From a virus, in IMG/VR virus record IMGVR_UViG_3300027804_000045, positions 64,001 through 128,000 of that record: a DNA stretch of 64,000 bases; one strand, 5' to 3'. The notes beneath the pieces are model-generated. The model was not told where the DNA came from. It saw only the letters and a program-made list of their open reading frames with translations, and made no database searches. Within the stretch, counting starts at the first letter, position 1; each line of letters begins with the position of its first letter. Below, piece by piece: positions 30,901 through 40,603 of this stretch. The translations under genes and the position numbers were made by a program.

Positions 30901-33014
30901 TGCGGTCCAGACTTCTTTAGTTTAGCAAGCATGGATTTCAATTCTTCAACAGACTTGTCTTTGTACTCGCCTGTCGGTTTTACAACATCAGCAGGTTTAT
31001 CTTTTTTGAAAGCATTATATATGACTCCGCCTCCTCGCTTGTCCATTTGAACCTTTAGTTTTTCAGCTTCATCTAGCATTTCTTCTGCAGGTTCTTTTTC
31101 TGGAGCATTGTCTTTACCGCGTTTTTTACCCATATAGTATCCCTGATCGTCTTTTCCGATGTTGAAAAGTTTTCTAAATAAACTCTTTCCATCACCCTTA
31201 ACGTCAGGTTCTTTTTCTTTTGGTCCTAATTGTGCTCCTAATCTTGTATTAAGATCACCTACTGCGCCTGCATTTTGACTTGCTATTTGTGACCATCTTT
31301 CTGGGTTATCTTTATAAGTTACTGTTTCAATTTCCCCACTAGGATTTCTTACCTTGAATGCATAATCAAGAGGCACATTAGCATCTATTTGATTTCTTCC
31401 AACCATGCTGTCATATTTTTCTTTTGATACAGGTCTAGTTCTACCAGTATTTGGATCTCTGATTTGATAACTTGTTTTTACATCTGCCTTTGCAGGTTCT
31501 TCTGCTGGCTCTGATGGTTGTTCAACATCACCTGCTGCGTCTACTGGCTCTTGATTTACAGTATCAACATCTTTTTGTAATTGATCTAATGTATCGTCTT
31601 TAGGTGCTGCTGGTTGAGCAGGAGCCTGTGTGCTACCGGTTTTTAAATAATTGTTTAATTCATCATATGTATTAGCACCGGCAAGATTTAATAGGCGGCC
31701 TAATTCTGCATCGCCTGGTTTATCTTGATCTTTAGGTTGTGTTCTCTTGCCTGTTACTGTTACTGGTTCTAATTCGTCTGCTGCATCTGATGGTTGTTCT
31801 GGTTTCTCATCAGCTTTAGCATCTGCCGGCTTCTCATCAGCTTTAGCATCTGCTGGCTTCTCATCGGCTTTAGCATCTGCTGGCTTTTGATCATCTGCAG
31901 GTGCGGTGCTATCTCCTGCTTTTTGCGCTCTTAACTTGTTTAATAAATCTATATTACCTTGATAATCTCTTGGTCTATTTTTATAGGCTTCAGGATCTAA
32001 TCTACGAATCTCTGCTCCTACTTTACCATAGCGTTCTTCATCACTCATTCCTGCCAATTGTTGAATTCTATCAATTTCATCAGGTTTTTCGGCTGATGGG
32101 GGAGGAGTTGCGCTAACATCCGCTACAGATGAGATAGTAAGATAGTTTGGTGCTTTTGGTGCATCTGGTGCTACAGGAGCGACTGGCTGTGCAGATGCCG
32201 CAGGAGCCACTGGCTGTGCTGGAGCAGCAGGAGCTACCGCTGCTGGTTTATTGTCTGCTGCGGTTGCTGGTTTATTATCTGCAGCAGGTTTATCGTCACC
32301 CGCTAATGCAGCCATGCCTGCTGCGCCGGCGCCTGCTCCTATTGCAGGACCGCCTCTTGATGTTGCTGCACCTGCTTTTGATGCTAATGATTGATTTGGT
32401 AAATTAATTGCACTTTGAGGATTTTTAAATCCGCTAGCAAAATTCTTAAACGGTTTACTGAAATCGTCGCCGTATTTTGCACCTAATTTTAATATATCGT
32501 CGATGCCTTCTTCTATGCTATCTTCAGCAACTTGCTTGCCTGATGTTTGCACTGATGCTCTTTTAGCAGCAGCTAGTGCTGCTTGTTGTTGCTGTTGTTG
32601 AATTCTATTTGGTGGAAGTATGATGCTCAAACCTCTTGCACCTAATCTACGTAGCATATCATTGACAGCTACCCCTGCTTGTCCAGGAACATTCACGTTT
32701 AAAAATCCTGCTTGTCCTGGTACTGGTTTATTATCTGGACCAACTACAGGAATAGGAAACTGACCTTCGTTTAATATTTCTTGTTCAGTTTCTTCAAAAT
32801 ATTCTTTTAATGATTTCTTTTTCTTATCATCATATCTGATATCAGCAGCAACTTTCTTGCCTGCTTTTTCGGCGCGTTCATCGTCACTACCCTTATGATC
32901 TTCATCATATTCAATATCCTTAGTGACTTCTTCGCCTGCCTTTTTGGCCTTGTCATCTTTTTCGGCTGTTGATTCAGCCTCATTTACTATTTGTAGAAAT
33001 TTCTTAAATTCCAT
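27984..33014 (-). CDS. Very large low-complexity modular protein, putative internal head/core polyprotein
   Basis: 1676 aa, acidic, Ala/Pro/Lys-rich; many hydrophobic-x-E sites; DxDxDG and His/Cys modules. Confidence 0.65.
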   Translation of the reverse strand: MEFKKFLQIVNEAESTAEKDDKAKKAGEEVTKDIEYDEDHKGSDDERAEKAGKKVAADIRYDDKKKKSLKEYFEETEQEILNEGQFPIPVVGPDNKPVPGQAGFLNVNVPGQAGVAVNDMLRRLGARGLSIILPPNRIQQQQQQAALAAAKRASVQTSGKQVAEDSIEEGIDDILKLGAKYGDDFSKPFKNFASGFKNPQSAINLPNQSLASKAGAATSRGGPAIGAGAGAAGMAALAGDDKPAADNKPATAADNKPAAVAPAAPAQPVAPAASAQPVAPVAPDAPKAPNYLTISSVADVSATPPPSAEKPDEIDRIQQLAGMSDEERYGKVGAEIRRLDPEAYKNRPRDYQGNIDLLNKLRAQKAGDSTAPADDQKPADAKADEKPADAKADEKPADAKADEKPEQPSDAADELEPVTVTGKRTQPKDQDKPGDAELGRLLNLAGANTYDELNNYLKTGSTQAPAQPAAPKDDTLDQLQKDVDTVNQEPVDAAGDVEQPSEPAEEPAKADVKTSYQIRDPNTGRTRPVSKEKYDSMVGRNQIDANVPLDYAFKVRNPSGEIETVTYKDNPERWSQIASQNAGAVGDLNTRLGAQLGPKEKEPDVKGDGKSLFRKLFNIGKDDQGYYMGKKRGKDNAPEKEPAEEMLDEAEKLKVQMDKRGGGVIYNAFKKDKPADVVKPTGEYKDKSVEELKSMLAKLKKSGPHDENSPQAKKMRQINFALRAKGGWKKGEGAAMKEEKVDEKFASQQQAKLMHAVAGDKSVAKKTGVSQDVAKEFIKKSHGQKVSKLPKKVKEAEIPKSGPDYGAGLGAGRSDNVLEAKPDFIDLDNDGNKKESMKKAAADKKKKKVNESMSNLLKAAYSEGYVHGLREQPCRVKHYEDMEEAKHYFEGYKCGLEECYGLVPGRGYVDEETSQDVVDDMASFGAVDENTNQMAAVPVQKPQAQQVNTSATNPAPQANVPVKPVATAMPQQPQMNVGGVAATKQDGSSNMGAVMQSRANLSNIGQQAAQQMQEDDLDEMDKGDWLKHKAKTTPGDTFKAFGQTFKDKDVSETYAFEDLENQLNALLTESKVVNEGLSVSMSTGQEGSPNSVSVTATDGDSEKLLAFIKQVGLGGFGDKESVLTPAEPTVIATASDYGAPKFNGHDMPSMDDLLSKLTGLESHDDHGHGHDHGHEEEHTCNECGMMESSCGCEKKTEEVLETTIEAQIKSDQLDEAAPALAALGRLAGLAGRAALANPVKTAMLAKRAASAFKKDKEEVGETETLDQREFMVAEDDGEGYEQSQADAGKIDSALALSGASKGGATNEDAGDVNSSMKDIMSKLDNIDKPDSPEAEVVSLPGAENLGKGADGMPEFDVKNQSSNTSSYEVDGKPASKAEYDNAMKNFKMPTMPSMPNMAGNTPAMSNMQTNFDDIFKNMQDKFAAISKNLGGTLRRYGIGNMGQEDEKYITLPGGSKVNMADFDKYVLPPVDVTSKRATPKDQELPGDRQLGDLLNLSGANTYDELAAWLKSRGLKKPSIDDLQPVKVTGRRVPTGDKDATRTIPPTDDMLQPVKVTGKRVGEPSEKDALNTTDMDSLKAQLDAMLKGMPGMEGDSDELLKSVMQQTKLDEWANDAGQKGTDAAFTRDTDFMTQTISGGLNKPKSTGQTTIPVIAGQEAREGDEDVKAWKKLAGLAK
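31804..31887. repeat. 27 bp coding tandem repeat x3 (KPADAKADE)
   Basis: Near-identical ttctcatcagctttagcatctgc units. Confidence 0.85.
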
Positions 33015-33025
33015 GATAAAACCTC

Positions 33026-33658
33026 TTACGCCATCGCGCCTGTTTTTGGTTTAGCAGGGCGTGTGATGTTTGTCATTGGGCTCTTGTTGCCCTTTGATTT
33101 ATCATCTAGGTATGGCTTGAATGGATCGAAACTGTCTGGAGTGCGCTTTGCATCATAAGGAATATCTTTGCCTTGGAAACCATCCTTGCTTTGTGCTTTG
33201 ATGCTATCTAGATATGAATTACCATAATCTTTATTTGCTTTTTTAGCTGCATCGCCCGCATCTTCCATCTCTTCATGTGTCAATACAGGACTATGTTCCA
33301 TCTGATTAGCATACTGTTCGCTTTCACTATTGATGCTGTCGTCATATTTGCTATCAACTAAACGTACATAATTTACATTATAACCTAATAGTTGTGCCAA
33401 CTGTTGCACCATTGGTTCTGTAGCAGGATAACGGAACTTGCAACGTAGTAGTGTTACTGGTTCGTTGCTTAAGCCTGGAAAACCATAAGCATCTTTAGCG
33501 ATAGGAAGTGTCTTAGGTGTGATTGGAGTTGCTGGATCAAACTTCTTTAGATTGTGAATGAACAAATCTATGAAATTTTTATCAATTTCTCCAGCAATTT
33601 TAATTGTTACATCATATAAATGTACACTTTCAGCAATGTATTGTTTTAGGCTTTTCAT
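33026..33658 (-). CDS. Conserved putative head/prohead protein
   Basis: MKSLKQYIAES N-terminus, late promoter 33678-33685. Confidence 0.65.
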   Translation of the reverse strand: MKSLKQYIAESVHLYDVTIKIAGEIDKNFIDLFIHNLKKFDPATPITPKTLPIAKDAYGFPGLSNEPVTLLRCKFRYPATEPMVQQLAQLLGYNVNYVRLVDSKYDDSINSESEQYANQMEHSPVLTHEEMEDAGDAAKKANKDYGNSYLDSIKAQSKDGFQGKDIPYDAKRTPDSFDPFKPYLDDKSKGNKSPMTNITRPAKPKTGAMA

Positions 33659-33692
33659 ACGTATATCCTGTATCTAATATTTATCACTAATT

Positions 33693-34166
33693 TCAGTTTT
33701 TACTTATCAAGGACTTAAGTAATTCATTACGGTCAAGTACTTTCCCTTCACCTAACGGGGTAGCCTCGATCTTTTCTTCCTTACTTGCAAGTTTCTGATC
33801 AAGACCTGCTTTTTTAAGTTGTAACTCAATCATCTTTAATTTTTTCTGTACTTTTGCTGTTTTTGCTGTGATGGCATGTCCTAACATAGTACCTGCGACA
33901 TTAAAGATTTCGCTACTGTAGCGACTATCGACCTGCATACCTAGATCCATCAAATCTTTATAACTGTTTTTAGCTAGGTCAGCAAGATCGTCCATCTCAT
34001 GGTCCGCTACTTCTAACCCACGCACCTGAGGTAATGCGTTCTCAATCTTTTCTAGATTGTTAAGTGCTGTTTCTGTAACTTCTTGTGTTTCAGGGGGCAA
34101 TTCTATGTCTTTGCTTTCTTCAGTACCACTTGCAAGTTCAAACAACTCTTCTAACTTTTTGGTCAT
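33693..34166 (-). CDS. Conserved helical protein (possibly terminase small subunit-like)
   Basis: Helical/coiled-coil late gene in the head region; function is a guess. Confidence 0.4.
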   Translation of the reverse strand: MTKKLEELFELASGTEESKDIELPPETQEVTETALNNLEKIENALPQVRGLEVADHEMDDLADLAKNSYKDLMDLGMQVDSRYSSEIFNVAGTMLGHAITAKTAKVQKKLKMIELQLKKAGLDQKLASKEEKIEATPLGEGKVLDRNELLKSLISKN

Positions 34167-34178
34167 GAAGTATTTATT

Positions 34179-34616
34179 TTAACTTTTGCCCTTCTTATAG
34201 AAAAGATCGTCCTCTGTAATGACTCTGAATGTCAATCCTGCCTTCTTACAATAGGCAGTTGCTGCTGCCCATTTTGCATGGTTTACTGCTACAGCTGCTC
34301 TATCTCTAGCACTTGCTGTTCTACTTTCTATAAGGCTTTGCTTTTTGGGCTTTATTTCAACAAGTTCAGCCCTCTGTCTTCCATGCTTATCTTGATATTG
34401 CACAAAAAAATCCGGCACATAAATCGTGGATTTGCCGGTCAGTGGATTTCTATAGGGTATCTGTATAGATTCGCTGGCCCAAGATATCACGCTATCATGA
34501 TTGTCACAAAACATCATAAATGTTAATTCCCAACCACTGCGATATCTAGGTACATGAGTGCCTATATACTTACCTTTGTTTTTGCACTGATATTTGCCTT
34601 GAGCAAAATTTGCCAT
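34179..34616 (-). CDS. Head completion nuclease (T4 gp4/TnsA-like)
   Basis: YRSGWE, W.SE...IPY, Y.PDF, EIKP, KW.AA, ITE. Confidence 0.88.
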   Translation of the reverse strand: MANFAQGKYQCKNKGKYIGTHVPRYRSGWELTFMMFCDNHDSVISWASESIQIPYRNPLTGKSTIYVPDFFVQYQDKHGRQRAELVEIKPKKQSLIESRTASARDRAAVAVNHAKWAAATAYCKKAGLTFRVITEDDLFYKKGKS

Positions 34617-34617
34617 A

Positions 34618-34980
34618 TTATAATACAACGTTTCTTGCTACTGCCTGATTAGGAGTAGGAACTACTGCTAATCCATATAAGCTAGTCTTTGATTTGAAAC
34701 TGTTAAAGTAATAAGCCATTATTTGACTTAAATCAACTTTTGTTTTTGCTCTACCTTGTAATTCTTCAAGCAAAACCATAGCATCTATACCGTTCGCTTC
34801 TGCCATTCTAAAAAATACAGCAGTAAAATTTGCTGCTATTTGTTTTGTGTCACATACGCTATCAAAATAACTTTTAACGTAGTCATATTGATTTGTGGGA
34901 ATAACTGTATTTTGTTTGTAAAAGGCATCAAAAATTTTTACTGTTTGTTCTTGTGTTTGTCTTTGTATATCGTACAACAT
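34618..34980 (-). CDS. Hypothetical protein
   Basis: ORF in the tail operon. Confidence 0.7.
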   Translation of the reverse strand: MLYDIQRQTQEQTVKIFDAFYKQNTVIPTNQYDYVKSYFDSVCDTKQIAANFTAVFFRMAEANGIDAMVLLEELQGRAKTKVDLSQIMAYYFNSFKSKTSLYGLAVVPTPNQAVARNVVL

Positions 34981-36218
34981 TAGATTGGTCCTCTTACTCT
35001 AGGTTGGCGCGGTGAAGTGGTAGAAGGTACTTGAGAACCTGCTGTTGGATCTCCTCCTACTACGCCCGGTTGTGAACCATTAGATATTGTAGGTGAACCT
35101 GCACCATTGTTTGTAGGTGTCTCTTGTTTTACAGGAGTTTGTGTTTGTTGATTACGTATTGTAGGTCCTACTTTTAACTGACCTAAGGCGCCTAATAGTA
35201 AATTTTCAGCTTCTTGTTTAAGCGCGGTTTTTGCATTATATGATTTATAATTGTTATAAGTGGCACCTGCTATCTTTATGGCACCTAAAATATTTTTATC
35301 GCCTAATGCATTTACAAATCCACCTATACCGTCTACGAACCCACCCTGACCTAATATCTTGCCATTAGCTCCGGGAACAGTGATAGGACTTAATTCTCTA
35401 TCATAATTTGCTGCATCAGCAAAGTTACCTGTCTCGATATTAGGTAATGTTTCACCATTGAATGCACCTTCGTAATATTGCACTGTTTCGTATTCGATAG
35501 TCATACGATTTTGCATCACTCCGTTACCTTGATCGTAATCATAAGAATCGTGAGCAAAATTTGCAATCATTGGATTTATTAATTGATAAGCAATATATTG
35601 GTGTTGATTAAATCCATACACAGTTATATTATTAAAAAAAGGTTTTTTAGTATTTGCGCCGGATGCATTTGTGCTTATCTCGCCTACATATCCCCAGTCA
35701 AAACTACCTTGCGCATCATCACTATAAGTATTTCTTGTATTAAAATCTGCTTGTGTGCTTTGAGTTGTGTTACTACCTGGATTTTTTGATAGTTTAGCAG
35801 CATCTTTATAATAATATGTATAATATGCATACCACAACTTGTTTATAACGTTACTATTATCATCATGAAAAGTAATTTCTACTGGATCGTAATTGATCTT
35901 AGTCTGAACAATTCTTTTGCGATTATATTGATTTAGTGTATGTGTCGCAAAACGATAGCTAGGTAATCTTATATCTTTGACTAATAATCCATAATTACTA
36001 AAATTTGCTGTCATCGTTGAATCAAGAGCAGCTGGATTAATATTAAAATATGTGTGAAAAAGAAACTTGAATTTAGGAGCAAGAGCATAACTGTCGCTTA
36101 CGAAAGTTTTGCTAGCGTGAGTGAAGTCTCTTAAGTAGGCCCCGCTAGGAGCCCCCGGTGTTCCTAAGAAAGCACCGAGGGCATTTTGTAATTGCTCACC
36201 CCAATAACCTTTAGCCAT
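34980..36218 (-). CDS. Tail-tube-like baseplate protein (gp48/gp54-like)
   Basis: LP......NQYN......I.YDP..ITFHDD; follows the tube gene. Confidence 0.7.
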   Translation of the reverse strand: MAKGYWGEQLQNALGAFLGTPGAPSGAYLRDFTHASKTFVSDSYALAPKFKFLFHTYFNINPAALDSTMTANFSNYGLLVKDIRLPSYRFATHTLNQYNRKRIVQTKINYDPVEITFHDDNSNVINKLWYAYYTYYYKDAAKLSKNPGSNTTQSTQADFNTRNTYSDDAQGSFDWGYVGEISTNASGANTKKPFFNNITVYGFNQHQYIAYQLINPMIANFAHDSYDYDQGNGVMQNRMTIEYETVQYYEGAFNGETLPNIETGNFADAANYDRELSPITVPGANGKILGQGGFVDGIGGFVNALGDKNILGAIKIAGATYNNYKSYNAKTALKQEAENLLLGALGQLKVGPTIRNQQTQTPVKQETPTNNGAGSPTISNGSQPGVVGGDPTAGSQVPSTTSPRQPRVRGPI

Positions 36219-36233
36219 TTAGGTTACCTGGTA

Positions 36234-36869
36234 TCAGGTTACTGTGCCGACTCCGCTAGCCAAACTACCTGATAGTAATCTGCCGATTGGTGCGCCTACG
36301 CCACTTGCTAGTGGTGTCTGCAATGCATTATCATAGCAAATTGTTAACTGAATAGTTACAGCATCACTTTGGCCATAGTTTAACTGTTGGTAGTTAGCTG
36401 TACGTAACCAGCAACCATATAGTTCCCAAGTTTCTAGTACTACTGGTGCTGAAGTGCCGTTACCACCATCTAATATTTCAATATTAGTTTGGAACTTGTA
36501 ATCTTGACCTGCTGCTGCTGAAGCCTGTTCCATGAAGTCTAATTGCTTTTGTAACTGCTGGCCAACTGCCTTAGAAACTTCACCTGTAGCTTCATCACGA
36601 ATCGTGCATGTGATGTCTGTCCACTGATGCTTACCAGCTAGTTTTACTGTGCTGTTGTAAACAGGTAGTGTTACCTGATCAAACTGTACAGTTGGTCTTG
36701 CTACGTCAACGATTTGTCTAGTAAGACTTAAACCTGCTAATGTGTCTACGCCAAAGTTTAGAAACTTAACTCTAAAGCGATATTGTAGTTTAGGCATTAA
36801 TAAGCCTTGGTTACCAGAACCTCCGTCACTACCAGCAACTGACATTCTGTTTAATGATATTGCAGCCAT
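36234..36869 (-). CDS. Tail tube protein (gp19-like)
   Basis: PKLQYRFRV, AGK..W, W.L.GC, L.Y, YDNA; downstream of the sheath gene. Confidence 0.88.
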   Translation of the reverse strand: MAAISLNRMSVAGSDGGSGNQGLLMPKLQYRFRVKFLNFGVDTLAGLSLTRQIVDVARPTVQFDQVTLPVYNSTVKLAGKHQWTDITCTIRDEATGEVSKAVGQQLQKQLDFMEQASAAAGQDYKFQTNIEILDGGNGTSAPVVLETWELYGCWLRTANYQQLNYGQSDAVTIQLTICYDNALQTPLASGVGAPIGRLLSGSLASGVGTVT

Positions 36870-36890
36870 TTTAGTATTTCTCCATAATTC

Positions 36891-36898
36891 TATTTATA
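36891..36898 (-). promoter_or_regulatory. T4 consensus late promoter TATAAATA
   Basis: Upstream of the tube gene GGAG RBS. Confidence 0.75.
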
Positions 36899-36905
36899 AC
36901 TCTAA

Positions 36906-39900
36906 TTATCCCTGATTTCCAATCTCACCGGTGTTCAATATACGTACTGGGATGTAGATGAATTCAGCAGCCTTCACTGGCTCAATTGCTACGTCGATCC
37001 ACAACTCATTACGATCTATTCTTGCTGGTGTGTTGTTTGACTCATCGCAAACAACCAAGTAATCATAGATACCTCTCTTCGCAATTAGATCAATCATCAA
37101 TGATTCAACTACGCCAGAAATTTCTTGGCGTGTTGTTGTGTCATTTGGTTCAAATACGAATGGTCTTGCTGCGATAGTCAATTGACGACGGATATAAGCA
37201 ACGAGTCTTGCTACGTTAGTTCTATCCAATGCGCTCTGGCTATTGAATGATGTCTTGTTACCATAGTTCAACAAGCCGTTACCAGTGAAGAACACTAGTG
37301 GGTTGATGAAGTTTTCATACAATGTATCACGAATACCCAGTCTTGTCTTAGTAGTGATAAACTCGCCAGTCGTGCTGTCAAGATAACCGATGCTTAACGC
37401 ATTATCGATGATACCACGACGAACACCTGCTGCTGCGAACCAAGGATAAGCGATTGTATCGTTGCGCAAGAATGTGCGTAGCATCATGTGGCTTGCTGGA
37501 ACCGCTACTTCGTTACCACTTAAGTCTGTTGCTAGACCACTTGGATAGAACAAGCCCATATAAGTATTGCGTGTCACTAATCCTGCTTCACCTGTGCTTG
37601 TCGCACCTGCTGCGTTAGTTGCCCATGCTTGAATTGCTGTTGCACTTTCTGGTAGACGCATTGGAGTGTCACCTAAAATGTAGCAAGTCTCGCCGCGGGC
37701 ACCGTTGACTTCAATCATATTTGGCTGACATTCAGGATAATTTGGTGTAGCCATTAGATTAAAGAAGTTATCTTCATCACGTATCGCTGTATTAGTTGCT
37801 AATACGCTGCGTAGTGATTCAACTACCATTGCACGTTGTGCCTTGCGACCCATGTAAGGACTGCCATTTGATTGTAATCCACTTACACTTACCCAAGTGC
37901 TGCGAATTGTTGGCAATGTTTCGTCTGGGAATGAAACAGCATTGAAGTAGTTGCTTCTATATTGTTTTACGTTATTACCGCTACGACGAGTATTGAACAA
38001 CAAACATCCTACTGGATATAAATTTGCTGCTGGGGCATCCAAATCAGTATTATTGCTTGTTAGCAATGATTTGATAGTTGGAATTGGATCGTTTGCTGGG
38101 TTGATAGTATCTTGATTGCTTGACCAACGAGCGTCAGCAAATACGATACCAGTTGAACTTGTTTGATCGCTATTATCGATCAATACCCATTTATCTTCGC
38201 CGTCAACATTCTGCCAGCGGCTGATTACTGGATAATTTTCAAGTGCTTCAGCACTGGTATCTACCCACAAATCACCATATGCTAATGCTGTACCGTCTGA
38301 TTGTGTAGTTGGTATACTTGCGCTTACAAGCGGACCGTTTGGATCAGTTGTGTTTGTACCTGATGGTAGTGGGAAACCGCTACTATCAAAGTTTACGTTA
38401 CGATAACCTTTCCAACCTGTTGAAGTTTTAACCATGACATCAACTTCATCTGTCACACTATAATACCAATTAGTATTATTTGCTGGAGTTTCAGTTGGGG
38501 CACCTTCATTTGCTGTATAGCTGAATTCTACCCAATTACTTAGTTGAACTTCGTAATGATAATCAGGAACGTTTGGTTCGCCGCTTGAGAATACATAGCC
38601 AAGCACAGCGCCGCCGGCGCCTACATTATTAATTACGATTTCTAGATCGTTAGCTGATGTACCGCCCAAGTCAGTACCTGCAAAAGTTACTGTATCTCCT
38701 ACAACATAACCAGTACCACCTGCGTTGATTGTACCCCCTAGATATTGGTCATTAACTGCGATAGCCACTGAGATTTGTAGCCCTGCACCTGCACCTGACG
38801 TGCTGCTTTGCGCGACATCAAAACTAGTGAATTCGATAAAGCCTGGTTTGCAACCATCTGTTGATCCAGCTACAAATCCTGCTTCAGCCATCAATCCATT
38901 TGAAGTACCTGTCGTATCGTCAATGTCGTTGATTCTAATTGATCCACCCAATGTATGAGTGATTTGAATTGCACCGTCTGTAGTCACTTCAGCCGTTGTG
39001 TAAGGAACGCTTGCTAACTGCCAGGCTTCTACGAAATCTTCAGCAAAAGTATTATCTGCCAAAGTCATTGTATAAGGACCTGACCAAGCTGTGCTGTTTG
39101 GAGTAGTGATAAAGATTGATGCTGTATATGGACCTGCATCGAAACTTGGGCTAGTGTTAGTGCCAGTCACTACAGTTGGGCCTGTTGCTAGACGCTTCCA
39201 GAAATATATTGGTCCTGGATGAGCTGGAGCAAAAGTAAAATTATATGAATACTGTGCATAAATCGTGCCAGCTGGAATTGCTTGACCACCTGTCGCATCT
39301 AGCGCGTCGATAGCCGCTGCGTCTCCATCAGCCAAAGTGATAGTTTTTGCGATCCAGGCATCTACTGTACCGTCATACTCTGACATTACAGGATTGAAAC
39401 CGTTACCTGCTGCGCCTATCTTTATCCATACAGAACCGCTAGGACGTGGTTGTGATTGACCTGTCTGCCATAGTGGTTGTTGTGATGCTGTACCTAAGAA
39501 AAAGCTTGGTGAGAAATATGCACCTGCGGTAATACCTAGGTCAGTCAATACTGTACCAGTACCTGCAGCAATATCTACTCTTTTCTTTGTATAAATTAAC
39601 AAACGTCCAGCTGAATTGACTCCTGCTGATAGATTTGACCAACCCAAATCATTGATAGCACCAGCAACGCCTGTTACATTATTTGATCCAAGTCCAGGAA
39701 CAGTGATTGTTGCTGTTTGTGGATTTAAGTTTTGATCAGTAATTGTGACGTTAAAAGTTTGTCCTGCTGTTAATGCTGGATTTGAATTAGCACCAGTAAT
39801 TGAAGGTACTGTATCATGCCATTCGTTACTGTCCAATGCTACCCATTCATTAAATGAATTCTTATAGAAAAATTGCTGAGCCGTTGTCGCTGTTGGGACC

Positions 39901-40481
39901 GCTGTAGTTTGCAATGCGATCACAGCGTATGATCCTACAGAACCTAAATACCCTGCTGGAAGACCACCGACTACGTTATCTGCATCTGTTATAACTAAAG
40001 GATCTTGAAGTGTGAACTGACCTGTAGTTGCATTAAATTCATAGATACCCCAATTAGTCAAAGTTGTATCTAACCAATATGCGCCATCATCTGGAGCGCC
40101 TACTGGACGTCCTGTTTGACCTACTAAACTTGCCAAATCAATATCGGCGCGTAGTGCATACACGCGATTTGTCACACCTAGTGCAGAATATGCAGCTAGT
40201 AATCCATATTCGTTTAATTCGTAACCTTGAATTGGAGCACCGTTTGTTGTTGTGTAAAAGAATGGGTTACCGTATAAAGATACTAGATCACGCTGACTAG
40301 TTACTAGATATAACTTTCCTGCATTCGCAGCTGTTGTACCTAATGCTACGCCTGTATCTGTAGGGTTCGCTTTATTTGCCGCTGTTGCAAAGACAACCAA
40401 CGGAACTGATCCTGTTTGGGCTGGAAGATATTGACTTTGGTCAATGATTGTAACTTCTACGCCAGGTGATGTTAATGCCAT
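36906..40481 (-). CDS. Contractile tail sheath (gp18-like) with large insertions
   Basis: SPGVEV N-terminus; PWFAAAG.RRG, INP, R.NV.RL, FEPND, CDESNN, P.KA.EFI. Confidence 0.95.
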   Translation of the reverse strand: MALTSPGVEVTIIDQSQYLPAQTGSVPLVVFATAANKANPTDTGVALGTTAANAGKLYLVTSQRDLVSLYGNPFFYTTTNGAPIQGYELNEYGLLAAYSALGVTNRVYALRADIDLASLVGQTGRPVGAPDDGAYWLDTTLTNWGIYEFNATTGQFTLQDPLVITDADNVVGGLPAGYLGSVGSYAVIALQTTAVPTATTAQQFFYKNSFNEWVALDSNEWHDTVPSITGANSNPALTAGQTFNVTITDQNLNPQTATITVPGLGSNNVTGVAGAINDLGWSNLSAGVNSAGRLLIYTKKRVDIAAGTGTVLTDLGITAGAYFSPSFFLGTASQQPLWQTGQSQPRPSGSVWIKIGAAGNGFNPVMSEYDGTVDAWIAKTITLADGDAAAIDALDATGGQAIPAGTIYAQYSYNFTFAPAHPGPIYFWKRLATGPTVVTGTNTSPSFDAGPYTASIFITTPNSTAWSGPYTMTLADNTFAEDFVEAWQLASVPYTTAEVTTDGAIQITHTLGGSIRINDIDDTTGTSNGLMAEAGFVAGSTDGCKPGFIEFTSFDVAQSSTSGAGAGLQISVAIAVNDQYLGGTINAGGTGYVVGDTVTFAGTDLGGTSANDLEIVINNVGAGGAVLGYVFSSGEPNVPDYHYEVQLSNWVEFSYTANEGAPTETPANNTNWYYSVTDEVDVMVKTSTGWKGYRNVNFDSSGFPLPSGTNTTDPNGPLVSASIPTTQSDGTALAYGDLWVDTSAEALENYPVISRWQNVDGEDKWVLIDNSDQTSSTGIVFADARWSSNQDTINPANDPIPTIKSLLTSNNTDLDAPAANLYPVGCLLFNTRRSGNNVKQYRSNYFNAVSFPDETLPTIRSTWVSVSGLQSNGSPYMGRKAQRAMVVESLRSVLATNTAIRDEDNFFNLMATPNYPECQPNMIEVNGARGETCYILGDTPMRLPESATAIQAWATNAAGATSTGEAGLVTRNTYMGLFYPSGLATDLSGNEVAVPASHMMLRTFLRNDTIAYPWFAAAGVRRGIIDNALSIGYLDSTTGEFITTKTRLGIRDTLYENFINPLVFFTGNGLLNYGNKTSFNSQSALDRTNVARLVAYIRRQLTIAARPFVFEPNDTTTRQEISGVVESLMIDLIAKRGIYDYLVVCDESNNTPARIDRNELWIDVAIEPVKAAEFIYIPVRILNTGEIGNQG

Positions 40482-40536
40482 GTTCGTTTTTCCTATATGT
40501 TATATTTTGAGGGTAACAACCCTAAATGCTTAATAT

Positions 40537-40544
40537 TATTTATA
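40537..40544 (-). promoter_or_regulatory. Late promoter TATAAATA for the sheath gene
   Basis: Consensus match; followed by a short AGGGT/ACCCT hairpin. Confidence 0.75.
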
Positions 40545-40603
40545 ACAAATATGAAAAAAACGTCTATTAGCAAACCTTCGAAGGTTATTTACTAAATATC
40601 TTT

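Noticed and set aside
31804-31887. CRISPR-like array
   Set aside because: Direct tandem in-frame coding repeat without spacers
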